NCBI GenBank assembly: GCA_964016885.1
Contig: OZ024741.1
Location: forward strand, 177,134,001 to 177,198,000
Direction of reading: 5' to 3'
DNA: 64,000 nucleotides
From: Eledone cirrhosa
Lineage: Eukaryota
Position 1 is the stretch's first letter. The number at the start of each line of letters is the position of its first letter. The translations under genes and the position numbers were made by a program. Below the pieces are notes generated by a model. It was not told the DNA's origin. It saw nothing but the letters and a program-made list of their open reading frames with translations, and ran no database searches. Below, in pieces: positions 27,985 through 42,100 of the stretch.

Positions 27985-28880
27985 GCGATGGGGCCCACCC
28001 ACAGCTCCGCGGATAAAATGGAGAAGGCGTTTCGCCGGAGGACGGCAGGGGAAACGCGCTGGAAATGACACGCCAACTCGCCGGTCTCACACCTGCGGAT
28101 GGCCAGCTCCGCGCCTATGGCGGTGAGTAAGGAGGTATCTCTGGGGCAGAGGAGACCAGACGTCTCCACTGCCATGGGTATGACCGCAAACCTGTCGAAG
28201 AGCGACCGGTATTTGAGGAGTTTGGCCCCCTCAGACATACGTGACGCAGAACCTGGGGCAGTCGCAGACTGCACCAGATTGCGGCTGCAGAAAGTGTAGG
28301 TGCAAGTGTCATCCCAGACGAGGGGTTTGCCACTGCAGAACGGGAAGATGGTCATGACATCTGGCCTTTTGCCGTCCCCTCGGCCCAGCCCCACCGGCTC
28401 GCGCTGGGAAGGAAATCCTGCAGCGTCCAAGCCATGCTTAATGACCTCGTTGAGGGCAACATGGCGTGGAATGCGGCCGGCTCTGTGGCGACAGGAAAAC
28501 GGGTGGAGGCCGATGGAGTACACAGTGGAACCGCAGCGACTGTTGTGTGGCTACAGATCCGGAGGCGGAGCCTTAGGGAAACGCCGATTCGCAGGCTATG
28601 GTTGTCTAGCTGCGTGCCAGTGGAGCAGGAGGTGTGGTGTTTGGAGGCCGCACTGTGGTGTTTGGAGGCCGCACGAAAACATGCAAGGCGGTGCTGGTCG
28701 AGCTGGCGCGTGAGCCTGTCTGAAGCCATGCTTCACTGGATGGAATCCCAAGCGTGTTGGGGGGACTTGACGTCAACACGGGGAGAAGGAGGAGGGACGT
28801 CTACTCGGCTAAGTCCCAGCCGGTCCCACATCTCACAGGCGGCCTCAATAGTCGCGATATGTAGCAGTGATATCAGTATT
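27985..28880 (-). mobile_element. 3' fragment of a CRE-clade non-LTR element (CCHC + restriction-like endonuclease)
   Basis: GC-rich island; CRCGSTV..GLHPFSC, RHVALN, REPVGL..DGKRPD, LVWD, KLLKY, PMAVETSG, QRVSPAVLRRNA. Confidence 0.8.
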
Positions 28881-28909
28881 GAATTTGGGATCACCAAATA
28901 ATCTCTCCT

Positions 28910-29290
28910 CAAAATGAAAAGTGGTAAGAAAGCAACGTGTAGTGGATTAAAACAGCCATCAGGGGAATTGATAGTGGAACCGGAAGATAGTGGATACAAG
29001 TATTTCAGGATTTTTGAACTAGATTTCATTTTACCTCCAGTCATATGTTTAAAGAATAAAACTGAATTTAAAATCGAACTTGAATGCGAGAAATCTAGTG
29101 ACTGCGATGAATATTTTGGGCAGTTGAGGTGGTTAGATATAGTCCTCCCATTCTCAGTTGGAGTGAAGAAAAAATAGAAAAGTTAAATCGAAAGACGAAC
29201 AAAATTGATAAAATTGTACGACCCCCTAAAGCAGATATAAATAATTTACACAAAGAGAAAGAGTGATGGTAGAGGACTAATCTAACCGGT
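28910..29290 (+). pseudogene. Old R4-clade RT thumb remnant
   Basis: MKSGK..PSGELI..SGYKYF.I.ELD, then PKADIN..RKSDGRGLI, colinear with the R4 ORFs in the nest. Confidence 0.5.
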
Positions 29291-30000
29291 ATCGATTATT
29301 GTATGAGGATTAAAGGACAACGCTTGCAGACTATTTGGTAAACAGTGTCGAAAAATTCTTTCATTATGCAGCAGAAGATATGGGGATAATGCAGAAGAAT
29401 TGACTGGTAAGGAAGTATTTTGCCAGAAAGTTAAAGAGAAGAGAAAATATTTAGTAGAAATTTGAATGCAGAGAGGGGATGTCATTGATAAACCATACCA
29501 TGAACATGGCTTAAGCAAGGTTACTTTGCTTTTAAATTCGTGTACGATTTTCCTGTATGAGTTTATATTTTTTATGTACATGGGTGGTGCGAATGTTTGG
29601 GGCGTAATGTGATGTGTTTCTGAAAGGCTATGTTGTATGGTTGCGGGGTTGTTAGTATTGATGATGGTTGTGATAGTGGTTGTGGTAGTGCTGGTGCTGG
29701 TGACGTTGGTGTTGCTGTTGGTAATAGCTGCTGGTGGTGCTATTGCTTCAGTCTCTGTCGCGTTTGTTGCTGTTGCTGCTCATTTTCTTGCTTCTTTTTC
29801 TTGGTGTCGTTGTACATGGATTTGCTGTTGTTGGCGATGTTACTGCAGCGGGTTGGGCTATGGTTATGGTGCAGGTTTACATTCTTTTATTCTATATTTA
29901 GATGGGTGCAAGCCCCACATATGTAACATCAGGGCCGCCTCTTTGGTTGTGTGCCATTTGGCAGTTCAATTATATAAATAATCCTTCGTAGCTTTTCCTG

Positions 30001-30050
30001 ATAATAATAATAATAATAATAATAATAATAGCAATAATAATAATAATAAT
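30001..30050. repeat. (AAT)n tract, left boundary of the retrotransposon nest; other tracts at 36003-36032, 39297-39362, 41761-41838, 47865-47890, 51139-51159, 57168-57190
   Basis: Directly visible; every element junction in 30001-57201 is an (AAT)n tract. Confidence 0.97.
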
Positions 30051-33000
30051 GTTTTCTTTATTAACCACAAGGGTTCACATAAAGTAGACATTAAGGACAG
30101 TACAGGACAATACAGGACGGTACAAATGGGCATTTCTGCGTGTAAAAAAACAGAGGTTGAAATAAAATAACAAAGAAAAATTCCCCAATAGGGGGGAGAC
30201 TTCCAAGGGACATTTGTGGAGAAAGCCCATTAAAAGACCACAGTGGCCCTGACCACCAGGGCAAGTGCCCTCTCCCAGTTTTCCACCTTTAATTTACAGA
30301 CACATACTCAGAGAAGGCCCATTCATTCGGGCTATACTTGCTTCTCTCACCCATCTTTCAACAAAATGCTGGGAAGAGAGCACTTCCCTCTCTACCCTTA
30401 TTTTCCTTTTCAAATGAAATTTGAAAAAGTTAATCAGGGCATCACCGAAGAGGTAAGTGCTCGTCTTCAGCCCTTTCAAACGTGTCCACCATACTATCTC
30501 TTTCGCCATGGCCACCAGACAGATAAAAACTGCCTGCCCTTCCAGGCTAAAGGAAGGGGGCGGGGCAATCCTCACGATGGACACAGCTGATAGCTGGATA
30601 GGTCCTACACGTGACAGCAGGTGTTCGACATAAACCCACAAGTCAGCAATGCTCGGACAATGGACGAGTGCGTGCAGGACGGTTTCGTCGCCCTGCGCGC
30701 ATCTCGGACATGCCCGGCTGACGGCACCACCATGCCTGTAGAGTTTATCCCGAACTGGCAAAGCTCCTCGGTAGCACTGCCAGGCCAGGGATTTCTGGAA
30801 GTTGTCCATAGGCCCCGGCCAGAAAGTCCTTCCGAAGAGATTGGCTAGTTGATTTTCGTCGACGCCTAGAGTTTCTCCAAGTACGTCGTCGCTCTTCCCC
30901 TCCACTAATCCCCTATAGAACGCCAAGGTGGAGTTTCCACCGATCACATTGCCCGATTGGTCGAGGGCTGTGAGCGCCTGAAGACATTCCAGTCTCCAAG
31001 CGCTCCCTCTCGGTCTTCGCTTGACCCAGGACTGCAGCTCCGTCAAGGAGACGAGCTAGGGAAAAACGTGTCTTGCAAACGGCGACCACACCTGATCACC
31101 GTCGAGGAAAATGTGGAGATGTCGTAGCCTGAGCGCGTGTCTGCGCATCATCAGCCACGGCATGCCCAGCCCTCCACGTAGCGGGTGTTGACAGCAGATG
31201 GACCGCCTGACCATCGGAGCGCGTCCCTTCCACAAGAAGCGAAAGAGCAAACGCTCCAGCACAGTCAGGCGGGGCTTAGGACAAGGTACGACGGTCAGGC
31301 GGTAGTAGATGACGGATGCGATGTACGCATTCGCCACCTCCGCTCGACCTTTCAGGGATAGCTTCCTCTCGGCCCATTTCTGGGTGAGAGAAGCCACCCT
31401 GCTCGTCACCTCGTCCCAGTTTTTGTCCGTCTGGAGGTCTGGACCGAACCAGACCCCTAGCAATTTAACCGGTCCGTCCGTCCAGCGCCCGACTACGCTG
31501 TTGGACGGCATGGACCTGCCTCTCCAGGTGCCGAGCTGCAGGCCCACTGACTTTTCCTGGTTGATCATTGCTCCTGTCACCGCTTCGTATTCTCTTAGTG
31601 TAGTGCCGATCGCCTCGATGTGTTTGGCTTTCGACACCACTACGGTGACATCGTCGGCATATGCTGACACGGATCTTCCGCATCCTAGTTCGCGCGGGAC
31701 CCCCTCAACGTCTCCAGTTTGTGCAGTAATGGTTCGAGAGTCAATACGTACAATAGGGACGAGAGGGGACATCCTTGGCAGACCGAGCGCATGATGTTGA
31801 ACGGTTCCGAAAGGTGACCGTTCACTCTCACTACAGAGCAGATGTCGCTGTGCATGGCAGCGATCCAGCCTCTGAAGACGGGCCCAAAGCCAGCCGCCCT
31901 CAGGACTGCCGTTAGGTAACGATGGTCGACCCTATCGAAAGCTTTCGACTGATCTAAATTGATCAAAGACCCACCCGTGCCAGGTTCTTTAGCTACCCTC
32001 TCTATGATGTAGCGCATGAGGTGAAGGTTGTCGTGGATGGATCTGTCGGGAATGGCGCATGTCTGCGCCTCTCCCACCAGACCACCAACGACAAGCGCCA
32101 ACCTCTTTGCTAGCACCTTGGCCAAAATCTTGAACTCTGTGTTTAGCAGAGTTATGGGCCGGAAATTGTCTATGTTATCCCCCTTGTTCGGATCCTTTCT
32201 CAGCAGTGCCACCGCTCCTCGGCTCACAGAACTGGGAAATCTCCCGTTCTGTTGCCAGTTGCAGTAGACGTCCGCCAAGAGGCCTCCGAACAAGTCTAGG
32301 GCAGACCATCCAAACCAGGCGATTTACCCCTTGTGCAGCCAGTCATTGCCTCCCTTACTTCGGCTCAGTGGCCGAGATCCGCGGCAGTCCGTCGAGGTAG
32401 ACACTAAAGTCCATCCCTCTACCCGGCCCCCCGCTGCCCCCGAACAGCTGAGCGAAGTGTCGCTGAAAAGCTTCACACATTTGCACGGGATCGAGTAGCA
32501 TGCGCCCGTCGTGGTCCACCAAAGACCGGATCGTGGCTTTGTTGCCACGACGCGCCTCCGCCACTCGGGCCCATTGAACGGCTTTCGTCCCCTCGTGTCT
32601 GAGAGCACGCAGACTAGCTCTGACAACGCAGCCTTCGTGCTTTGCCTTGAAGAATTGGTCAAGGGCCAATTTCGCCGCAAGCACGTCGGTCGCAATGCCT
32701 TTGCTAAGCGCCTCGTCTAAATGTAAAACTAGTTCTCCCTCTGCTCTATTTTTCTCTATTGCTAAAGCCTTACTAAACCTAATCGATTCTATTCTAATCG
32801 CTCTTTTCAGAGCAAACCACCACTTGTTGTTGACGATGGCCCCCGTCAACGCCCGCTTAACTAGTTCGCTAATCCGGTCTCTGTAGGCCTTGCGCGCTGG
32901 TAAGGACGCGTTTAGCTTCCAGTAGCCGGGTCCTCGTCTATGAAGCCTATCTAAGTCAAGCACACAGGTCACGAATTTGTGGTCCGTGTAGCTGACTATC

Positions 33001-36000
33001 TTGAATTGTGGACAGCCTATGCTAGACCTATCTATTTCCCTACAAAATACTCTATCTAGATATGATCTGGATGACCCTATGCGGTTTGTCCAAGTCCACA
33101 TTGGCACTTTCGGGAAATCCAATCGGTACCTGTCAGACAGTTCAAAACGCTGAGCAGGTTGGTGAGGCTCTTGCACCCTCCACCCCTATCCGCTAATCCC
33201 ACACAGTCCCAGCGTGCATCTAAGATCCCGTTCCAGTCGCCCACTAACACTAAAGAGTGGGACGTTCCAAGAAAGGTCTCCAGACGCCGGAAGAAATCAG
33301 GCCGCCCTGCTCCTGTCGGGGCATAGACGGCCACTAGCCTGAAAGCTTGCCCGTCTCCGCTGGTCACGTCCAGCAGCACCAGCTTACCCTCTGGGTCCAG
33401 GAAGATGGCCCGTATGGCGAGATCCAAACCTCTCCGAAAAAGCACAGCAACTCCTCCACCCGATCCAGGACGGCTGGGAGATGCGTACACATCGTAGCCG
33501 CCGAAGATCGGTGCGAAGGCCCGTGCTTCGGAGATTCTGGTCTCGCTGATGGCCACTACATCTATGTTTAGTGACCTGAGGTCGTTGAGCAGGTGACCCT
33601 GCTTCCATGACGACCCCAAGCCACGCGCATTTATGCTGCCTATTCTGAGTGAGGTCATGTTTAAAATAGAGTGGAAAAGATGGGAAAGACCACTTACCGT
33701 ACTTTTGGTAGAGGAGGGATGGTTTTTACATCCCTTTTCACTTGATCGTCTGGTGAAGGGACCGTTGAATCGTCCCTTCGGCTGGTCGTCGGCTCTTCTA
33801 AGAGAATGTCTGAATATACTCTTCGATTGATGGTTCCTCCTAGGTCCCTGAAATGACCAACTGCGTTGGGGAATTTCGTTTTAATGTTTGTGTATTGTTT
33901 CTGTGCTATTTTTAGCAGTCTTATGTTAGTTGGCGTTTTGATTGGTGCTGGTATTATGTAGTCCTGTTGTGAAATGTCTGTGTGTTCAATTATGTAAGTC
34001 ATTAGTTTCTTGTTGTGTGTTTATTGCCGTGCATTTGTTTTTCTGGGGGTGGGGTATGGTTCTGCTATTTTCTTGTCGTTGTTGCTGGGTGTGTGTGTTT
34101 TGTTGTTGTGTTTGCGATGTTGGTGCTTGTGGTGGTGGTGTTGAAGGTGTTGTTGGCAGTGGGGTTGTCGCCGGTGGTGATGGTGGTGCTAGTGTGGGTG
34201 GTGATGGTGTTGGTGGTGTTGCTGCTGTGGGTCTCTTTGCAGTAGACTTTACCCTTTTCTCATTTCTTTCCTCCCTTTTCAAAGGCGACGATGCGCTGCT
34301 TCTGCGTTTGTGCCTTCTTGCGACCTTTTGCCATCCCTCTCCCACCTCACACTCCATGTCTGATTCTGTGAGGTCGGGGAGGGGTACCAGCTCCACTCTT
34401 TCACTTGTTGTTGTTGGTGATGTTTGCACTGGAGTCTCTGTTGCAGCTGCATTTGGTATTGCTGTTGTTGTTGTTAATATTTCCATTGCTGCTGCTTTTT
34501 TGATTTCCGTGGAGTGGGTATGGGTGCCACGGACCTATCGTTCCTGGTTGCCGCTTGTTCTGTTGCTGGTAGCCGTGGAGCCGGATTCGGAAGGAGAGGG
34601 GTTTTCTCCTTTCTCAGGGTCTTCTCGTTGCAGAAGGCCCTGAGGTGAGTCTTCGATCCACAGCGAAAGCATTTCGGGCGTTTGCCCTCAACACTTATGG
34701 GCAGTTGAGTGCCGTTATCGAAGTCTATCATATCCGGGATAGCTTCGATGCACTCCTGGTTGGTTTGGATTAGCATCTCAATGGAGGAGCCGACCCAATC
34801 TTCTCTTACTTTTTTCTGTACTTGCAGTACAGTTCTTTTGTCCTCGATTCCGACGAGGACAGACGCGGCCAGCCAAGAAGGGGTCATTCCGGGGGTGACG
34901 TGGGTCAGTTTGACCCTCACAATTTTTTGCCCGCAGTAGGAGGGCACCAACACCATTTCCTCGCTCCTTAGGGTCACTACTGATTGGGCCTTTGCCTCCT
35001 GGGGTTTGGCAAAAAGTACGTCTACGGTGGCATATTTTTTGCCTCGGGTGATGTGCGTTTTCCGCTGCCACACAGACCCCAAGGCTTTTTGTATTTGGGC
35101 CTCTGTGGCTCTTTCCACCCTACGGGATTTTGTACTTACTGTACGGTACGTGACCGTACAGTGCTGTTGGTTTTCGAAAAATGTTTCCGCTGCCTTGCAG
35201 ATTGCTCGGTGTCCGTTCTTTGTCACCATCTTCTTCGCTTCCTCTAATTCCTCATTTGTTATGAGGATTGTTTCCAAGTTTTTCGCAATACCTGCAAATG
35301 AGATTGGTTTTTCTCTGCTGTTGTTGTTGTCGTCAGAGCTGCTGGTACTTGTGTTGTTGCTGCAGGTACTACGACTACTGCCTCCGCCGCTGTTGCTGTG
35401 GTTGTTGTTGGTGTTGCTGCTGCTAATGCTGTTGTTGTTTATGCTGCTGGTGATGCTGTTGCGGCTGCTACTGTTGTTTTCATTGTCACTGTTGCTGTTG
35501 TTATTACGGCTGCTACTGCTATTATTCCTGACGTCAGACGAATGAACTGGGTTTTCGTATTTCCCGAACACCTGTTTCGTCGCTGTCGTCGTCGTCGTGG
35601 AGAAACCTTGCACGCTTTGCACGAGACTTTTCTTTTCTTTCGTCACTTGCAAAAGAGAAGGGAGGGAGAGAGACACATTTAAAGAAGGGAGGGAGAGAGA
35701 CAATCTTCTCTCTGCTGTAGTGATGATTGAGGAAGAAGAAGACGGAATGAGTGGGAGTGACGTATGAAATTTCTTTTTCGTAGCTTTGTTGTTTTTTGTT
35801 CAAAATGAAATTTTGGGTACAAAACCCCAACAACTGGTTATTTAACCCCGAAGGGCCAAATAACGGACAGAAAGACCCCTCTCACGAGGAGGAGGGTGTC
35901 TTTATCAACAATTTGGTTCAAGTTTTAAACAATTTACAATTGTTTTAACGGTTAAAAATTACTATACCTTACAGAGCCGAGCCTCCGTCAACCATGGCAT

Positions 36001-36002
36001 TC
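30051..36002 (-). mobile_element. Full-length Tx1/L1-clade non-LTR retrotransposon, copy A (ORF1 and ORF2 disrupted)
   Basis: Colinear with copy B; ORF2 split into 33077-33658, 32355-33176, 31685-32293, 31056-31772 and 30294-31046; two small deletions near 32297 and 32360. Confidence 0.93.
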
Positions 36003-36032
<30 letters not shown>

Positions 36033-36033
<1 letters not shown>

Positions 36034-39000
36034 TATTGATCAGATCAAGTTATTAGCACTAAGTCAGCGAAGGCAAAATGAAACATGTGTCAGTGAAAAC
36101 GAGGTAAATTGTAACACTTTGAATCCCAGGGTTGGGGCAGAATCACTGGCAACAGAACAAATTAAAGAAAGGATCGAACAAGTGGAGGGAGTGCATGCTC
36201 AAGATGAAACTCCAAATGGAAATAATGAGATCGTAAATGATAAAGAAATGAATGAGAATAAACTTGCCAACTTGAAGGATGAAATTATGATCGAATGGAT
36301 GAAAATGAAAGAATCTGACATGGGGCAACGAGACACCCTCCCTAAGATCCAGAACTCCAAACAGAACCAAAAGATAATACACAAGACTGACATAATTCTC
36401 AAAAACATTATCATCACAAACAAACTAAACATTACTTATTTAAATCATCTCTATTATGCATCGGCTAAAGTCACCACTCACTTATGTGGAGTGAAGATGA
36501 AAAAACAAAGGAATTCCCACAAGAAATCTACTTGGCAAAGAGAACATCAATCGCCAAATAAACCTTCTCCGATCTGACATAGAAATTTTAACAAACTATA
36601 AAGTAGGTGAACATGTTAAATAAACTAAACTTAGAAAATTGAAAAAAAGTACAGTATAAAATCAACAAGTGACATAGACATGCTGATAGAAATAATCAAG
36701 CAAAAAGTGTCGGTCAAAGCTGCTCGTATAAGGCGCTAAATCAATACCACCCAAGGAGGAAGTGCAAGAATTCTGGGAAAAGATCTGGGCCGAAGAAAAA
36801 GTTCATAACATACATGCCCCATGGATAGACAGACAAATGAAAGATACAGCTCACCTTGAGGAACAAATATGGGAAAATATAACAGTTGAACAGTTGCGCT
36901 TGGCTCTAAGAAAAACCAGCAAATGGAAATCCCCAGGAAAAGACAAAATACAAAACTTTTGGATAAATGCCTTCACAGAGTCTCATGAGCTGTTAGCCCA
37001 ACTTTACAATGAAATAGTTAAGGAGCCAGAAAAGATACCATCATGGCTAGTTAACGGATTACATTCCTGCTTCCGAAGAATGATGAGACAAACAATCCCA
37101 AAAATTACAGATCGATAACTTGCTTGACCACAATGTATAAAATTTTAACATCAGTCCTAACTGAATACACATATGACCACCTGATAACAAATGACCTATT
37201 TCCCATTGAGCAGAAAGGGTGTAAACGAGGCTCATATGGCTGTAACGATCAGCTTCTGGTTAACAAATTGATACTGGAAGATTTTCATAATAGACACAAC
37301 AATCTATCGATTGCTTGGATAGATTATAAAAATGCATTCGATAGTTTGCCACACAGTTGGATTGAAAAATGGTTGGAGATTTTCAAAATATCCCCCGTTG
37401 TCAGGAGGTTTTTGTCATTCAGTATGAAGACATGGAAAACGACACTCCTTTTGAATAGTGAAACAAAATCACTGGAAGCTGGAGAAGTTAATATTAATTG
37501 TGGAATTTTTCAGGGTGACTCTTTATCACCGCTTTTATTCTGCATCGCACTTATACCATTAAGTAAAATGCTCAATGATGACAAAACCATTAATCACTTG
37601 TTCTACATGGATGACCTGAAACTATTTGCAAAAAATGATGAACAATTGCAAGGGCTATTATCCACTGTGAAGCAGTTCAGTGATGACATTAAAATGGGTT
37701 TGGACTAGATAAATACGCCAAAGCAACGTTCACCAGATGCAGGCTGCTGAAGAGTTCAGACATTAATCTTGATCGGGGGAACGTGATAAGAGAACTTGAT
37801 CAAGAAAAAGCTTACAGATATCTAGGTGTTTGTGAAGGAGACGGAATCAAGCACTCGACAATGAGGGAAAGGATAAGGAAGGAATGTTACCGCAGAGTAA
37901 GAGCAATCTTAAGAACGGAATTGAATGCAAGGAATAGGATCGATGCCATAAACACGCTTGCCATACCTGTAGTAAACTACAGTTACAATGTCATCAACTG
38001 GTCAAGCACACAGATCCGTAGGCTCGATACAACAATTCGAAAATTCTTAACCATGCACAGAATGCATCACCCTAAGGCAGATATAGATAAAATATATCTC
38101 CCTAGGAAAGAAGGAGGACGTGGGTTAATGCAGTTAGACATTGCGTTGAAAACTGCAACAATTGGATTATCTACATATCTAAGGGAATCACATGATTGGA
38201 TGATCAAACTCGTTTTGAAACACGAAAGCATCAAAAGATCCTATTCAATTACAAAAGATGCACAAAGATACAGTAATGGACTACAAATTTCAGAAGTCCT
38301 ATTTACTGCTGAAATGGAAAACACAGAAAAAGCAAAGCAGGTAAAAGTAACTGCAAAGAAAGAACTGCTACAGAAACTGGCTAAGAAATGGCAAGAAAAG
38401 CCTTTGCATGGAAAATACCCAGAGCGAGCTAACAATCCTGATGTTGACAAAACTTTAACCCATCAGTGGTTGGCATCCTCTGGACTGAAATCGGAGACTG
38501 AAGGACTGATTATATCAGCACAAGATCAGTGTCTGCCCACAAAAAATTACCAAGCCAACATAATAAAAAATGGATGCAGCCCATTATGCTGTGTATGCAA
38601 AAAACAACCAGAGACCATTGACCATATAATTTCAATGTGCAGTCCTATAGCTCCAACCGAATACCTAAACAGGCATGACAGAGCTACACAATACATACAT
38701 TGGATAATGTGTAAGCATTTTGACCTGCCCCATCAAAAGAATTGGTGGGAGCATCAACCACCTCCCATACATGAAAAAGATCACATCCCAATCTTGTGAA
38801 ACTTTAGCATCCAAACAGACCGAAAAATAGATGCAAATAGACCTGATATAATATTGAAGGACTTTAACAATAGGGTATGCCTGCTAATTGATATGTCTGT
38901 TCCAATAGACAAGAATGTATCTATAAATAATTTGAAAAATTGAGCAAGTATAAGGACCTGGAGATAGAAATTGGAAAAATGTGGAAATTGAGAACTAAAA

Positions 39001-39295
39001 CAATACAAGTGGTTGTAGGCGCTCTGGGAATGATACCTAAGGGGTCTAATGAATACTTATCGCAAATCCCAGGAAACCCGCGTATAGGAGAAATACAAAA
39101 GATAGTACTAATGGGAACTGCCCATATACTAAGGAAGATTCTGTCAATATAAGTACATTACAAGTCCAAACACTAAAGATGCATGTGTGAGTATGTATGT
39201 TCTTTCTTGAACATGGCGGACCTTGTTGTCTCTTGATGTCAATGGTTGTGACTTGGTGATAACTCGTATGAACATAAAGACAGATAAATGCAACT

Positions 39296-39296
<1 letters not shown>
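36033..39296 (+). mobile_element. R4/Dong-clade RT-RLE element, family 1 copy 1 (5'-truncated, disrupted)
   Basis: FQGDSLSPLLF, YMDD, HPKADID..LPRKEGGRGL, CCHC, RHD, NRPD, KYKDL, VVGALG in broken frames; (TAA)n at the 3' end. Confidence 0.92.
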
Positions 39297-39362
<66 letters not shown>

Positions 39363-39365
<3 letters not shown>

Positions 39366-41755
39366 GAAAGATCAGAACCTTGGTGGAAGAAACGACTGAA
39401 GGGAAAGAAAGAGGCAACGACTAAGACATTCTGGAGAGGAATATTGGAGGAGAATGTTTAACATAATGACCAGGCAGTGTGGATTGAGACTGTACAAAAG
39501 GAGATTAGTGAACAGGAACACCAACAAACTGATTTGAGTATGATAGATGAAACTCTTAAGGAGCAGGCCAAAAAACTAACCAACTGGAAACCATCAGGCC
39601 CAGATGGTGTGCAGGGGTATTGGATTAAAAATATAACATCCCCCCCCCCCCCGAAACTGACAACAATGTTCAATGACTGCTTGATGTCAGGTGAGGTACC
39701 AGAGTGGTTGACAAAAGATACCACAGTTCTGGTAATGAAAAACCGAATCAAGCTTAATGATGTTACCAACTATAGACCTTTCACATGTCCCTATTGTGGA
39801 AACTGTTGACAAGCATTGTGTCTGAGGAAATCTACCATCACCCCCACATAAACAACTTGTTCACGGACGAACAGAAATGATGCCGAAAGAAGCCCCGTGG
39901 TACAAAGGACCACTTACTTATTGATAAGATGGTAATGAGGAAATGCAAGGAAATGCCATGTGATGGATAGACTACAAAAAGGCATTTGGTGCCCCATTCT
40001 TGGATCACCAAATGCCTAGAGATCTTCAAGGAGGCAGATAACATCAGACAGTTGTTGAGCAAGAGTATGAACTCCTGGAAAACAGAGTTAACATCAGCTG
40101 GAGAATCCTTTGGAGGTGTGAAGATCAAGAGAGGTATCTTCCAGGGAGATAGTCTGTCCCCGCTGTTGCTTGTCGTTGCCCTGATGCCCCTGACCATTAT
40201 ACTGCGAACAGTGAGAGCAGGATACAATTTGGGAAAGGGAGAGCTTACCATCAATCACCTCTTCTTCATGGACGATCTTAAGCTCTCCGGGAAGAGTGAG
40301 AAGGAGTTGGATGTGCTTGGTGACACTGTCCGTATTTTCAGCAATGATATATGTATGCAATTTGGTATTAGTAAGTGTGGAGTCATTGTGATGAAGAGGG
40401 GTAAATTGAGCAGAAGCAATGGAATCTAGGTCGCAACAGGTAAGATGATAAAGGAAATTGACACTGAAGAAAGATACTAGTATTTGGGGGTTCTGGAGGC
40501 TGATGACATCAAGAACAAAAAAACGAAGATCTGAATCCATTCGGAGAGTAAGGAGCGTATTAAAGTCACATCTGAACAGTAGGAATGCCATAAGTGCAAT
40601 AAATTCCGGAGCTGTGTCTATTATTAGGTACAGTGCGGGAATTCTGAGATGGAATGTTGCTGAACAAAAATAAATGCATAGGAAGACTAGGAAGCTATTG
40701 ACTATCTACATGTTCCACAAGAGGAGTGATGTCGATAGACTCTACTTAAGGAGATCTGAAGGTGGAAGAGGTCTTATCAGTATAGAGGACTGTGTTCAGA
40801 TGGAGAAAAACAACCTACACAAATACGTGACTGATACTAAGGAGCCAATGCTCAGAATTGTATTGAAGGAGACGACAATAGACCAGGGGATGTCCAAGGA
40901 GGAAATAACAACAAGGAGAAAGAGCAGCCTTCATGAAAAATCCCTTCATAGTACCTTCTTTGAGAAAACTGAATTCGAAGATCCACAGACATGGAACTGG
41001 TTGAAAAGAGGAGAACTTAAAAAGGCTACAGAAGGAATGCTAATAGCTGCGCAAGAGCAGGACCTCAAAACGAAGTTTGTGAAACACCATATTTACAAGG
41101 AGAGGCTGGCCCACTGTGCAGGATCTGTGGAGAGAGGAGATTGTGGTTCACATTGTATCCGAGTGTAAACACCTAGCCCAGACTCACTATAAAGGCTGGA
41201 GACATGATGTGATGGGCCTGGTGATCCATTGGCACCTATGCAAAGTAAAAAGTTTACCACATTCTGAGAAGTGGTATGAGCATAAGCCAGAGTCGGTGAT
41301 GCAAAATGATCAGGTGAAGGTGCTGTGGGATTTTAGGATACACACGGACAATAAACTGGAACACAATTGACCTGACCTGGAGGTTTTGGACAAAGACAAA
41401 GATCGTGCCTGATTGTAGATGTAGCCTGCCCATTTGCCACGAGATTGCAAGAAAAGGAGAGGGAGAAAATTAACCGATACCAGGACTTAAAGTGGGAGGT
41501 AAAAAGGATTTGGAACTGCCATGAAGTCAAAGTGGTCCCGATTGTCATAGGCGCACTAGGTACTATCTCAAGGAGTTTCCAGGGATGGTTAAAGAAGATT
41601 ATTCCAGCCCGCTTTTTGGAACACTTCAAAAGGCATGCTTGCTGGGGTCAGCAAGAACCCACCGATACGTCCTGAATATCTGACGCTGCAGGTAGCAGCT
41701 TAATATTCATTTCAACAAACTTTCCAGTTAACCAACATCAATGACTGAGACTCAA
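39363..41755 (+). mobile_element. R4/Dong-clade element, family 2 (5'-truncated, more decayed)
   Basis: GPDGVQGYWIK, FQGDSLSPLL, FMDD, HKRSDVDRLYLRRSEGGRGL, RHD, KINRYQDL, VVPIVIGALG; (AAT)n at the 3' end. Confidence 0.9.
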
Positions 41756-41760
41756 ACAAC

Positions 41761-41840
<80 letters not shown>

Positions 41841-42100
41841 TTTCTTTATTAACCACAAGGGTTTACATAAAGTAGACATTAAGGACAGTGCAGGACAATG
41901 CAGGACGGTACAAATGGGCATTTCTGCGTGTAAAAAAACAAAAACAGAGGATGTAACAAAAATAACAATGAAAATAACAATGAAAAATTCCCCAATAGGG
42001 GGGAGACTTCGGAGGGACATTTGTGGAGAAAGCCCAGTAAAAAGCCACAATGACCCTGACCACCAAGGCAAGTGCCCTCTCCCAGTTTTCCACCTTTAGT

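Noticed and set aside
33942-35682. Long plus-strand hydrophobic ORFs (also 45804-47546 and 55104-56846)
   Set aside because: Antisense shadows of the low-complexity Tx1 ORF1.
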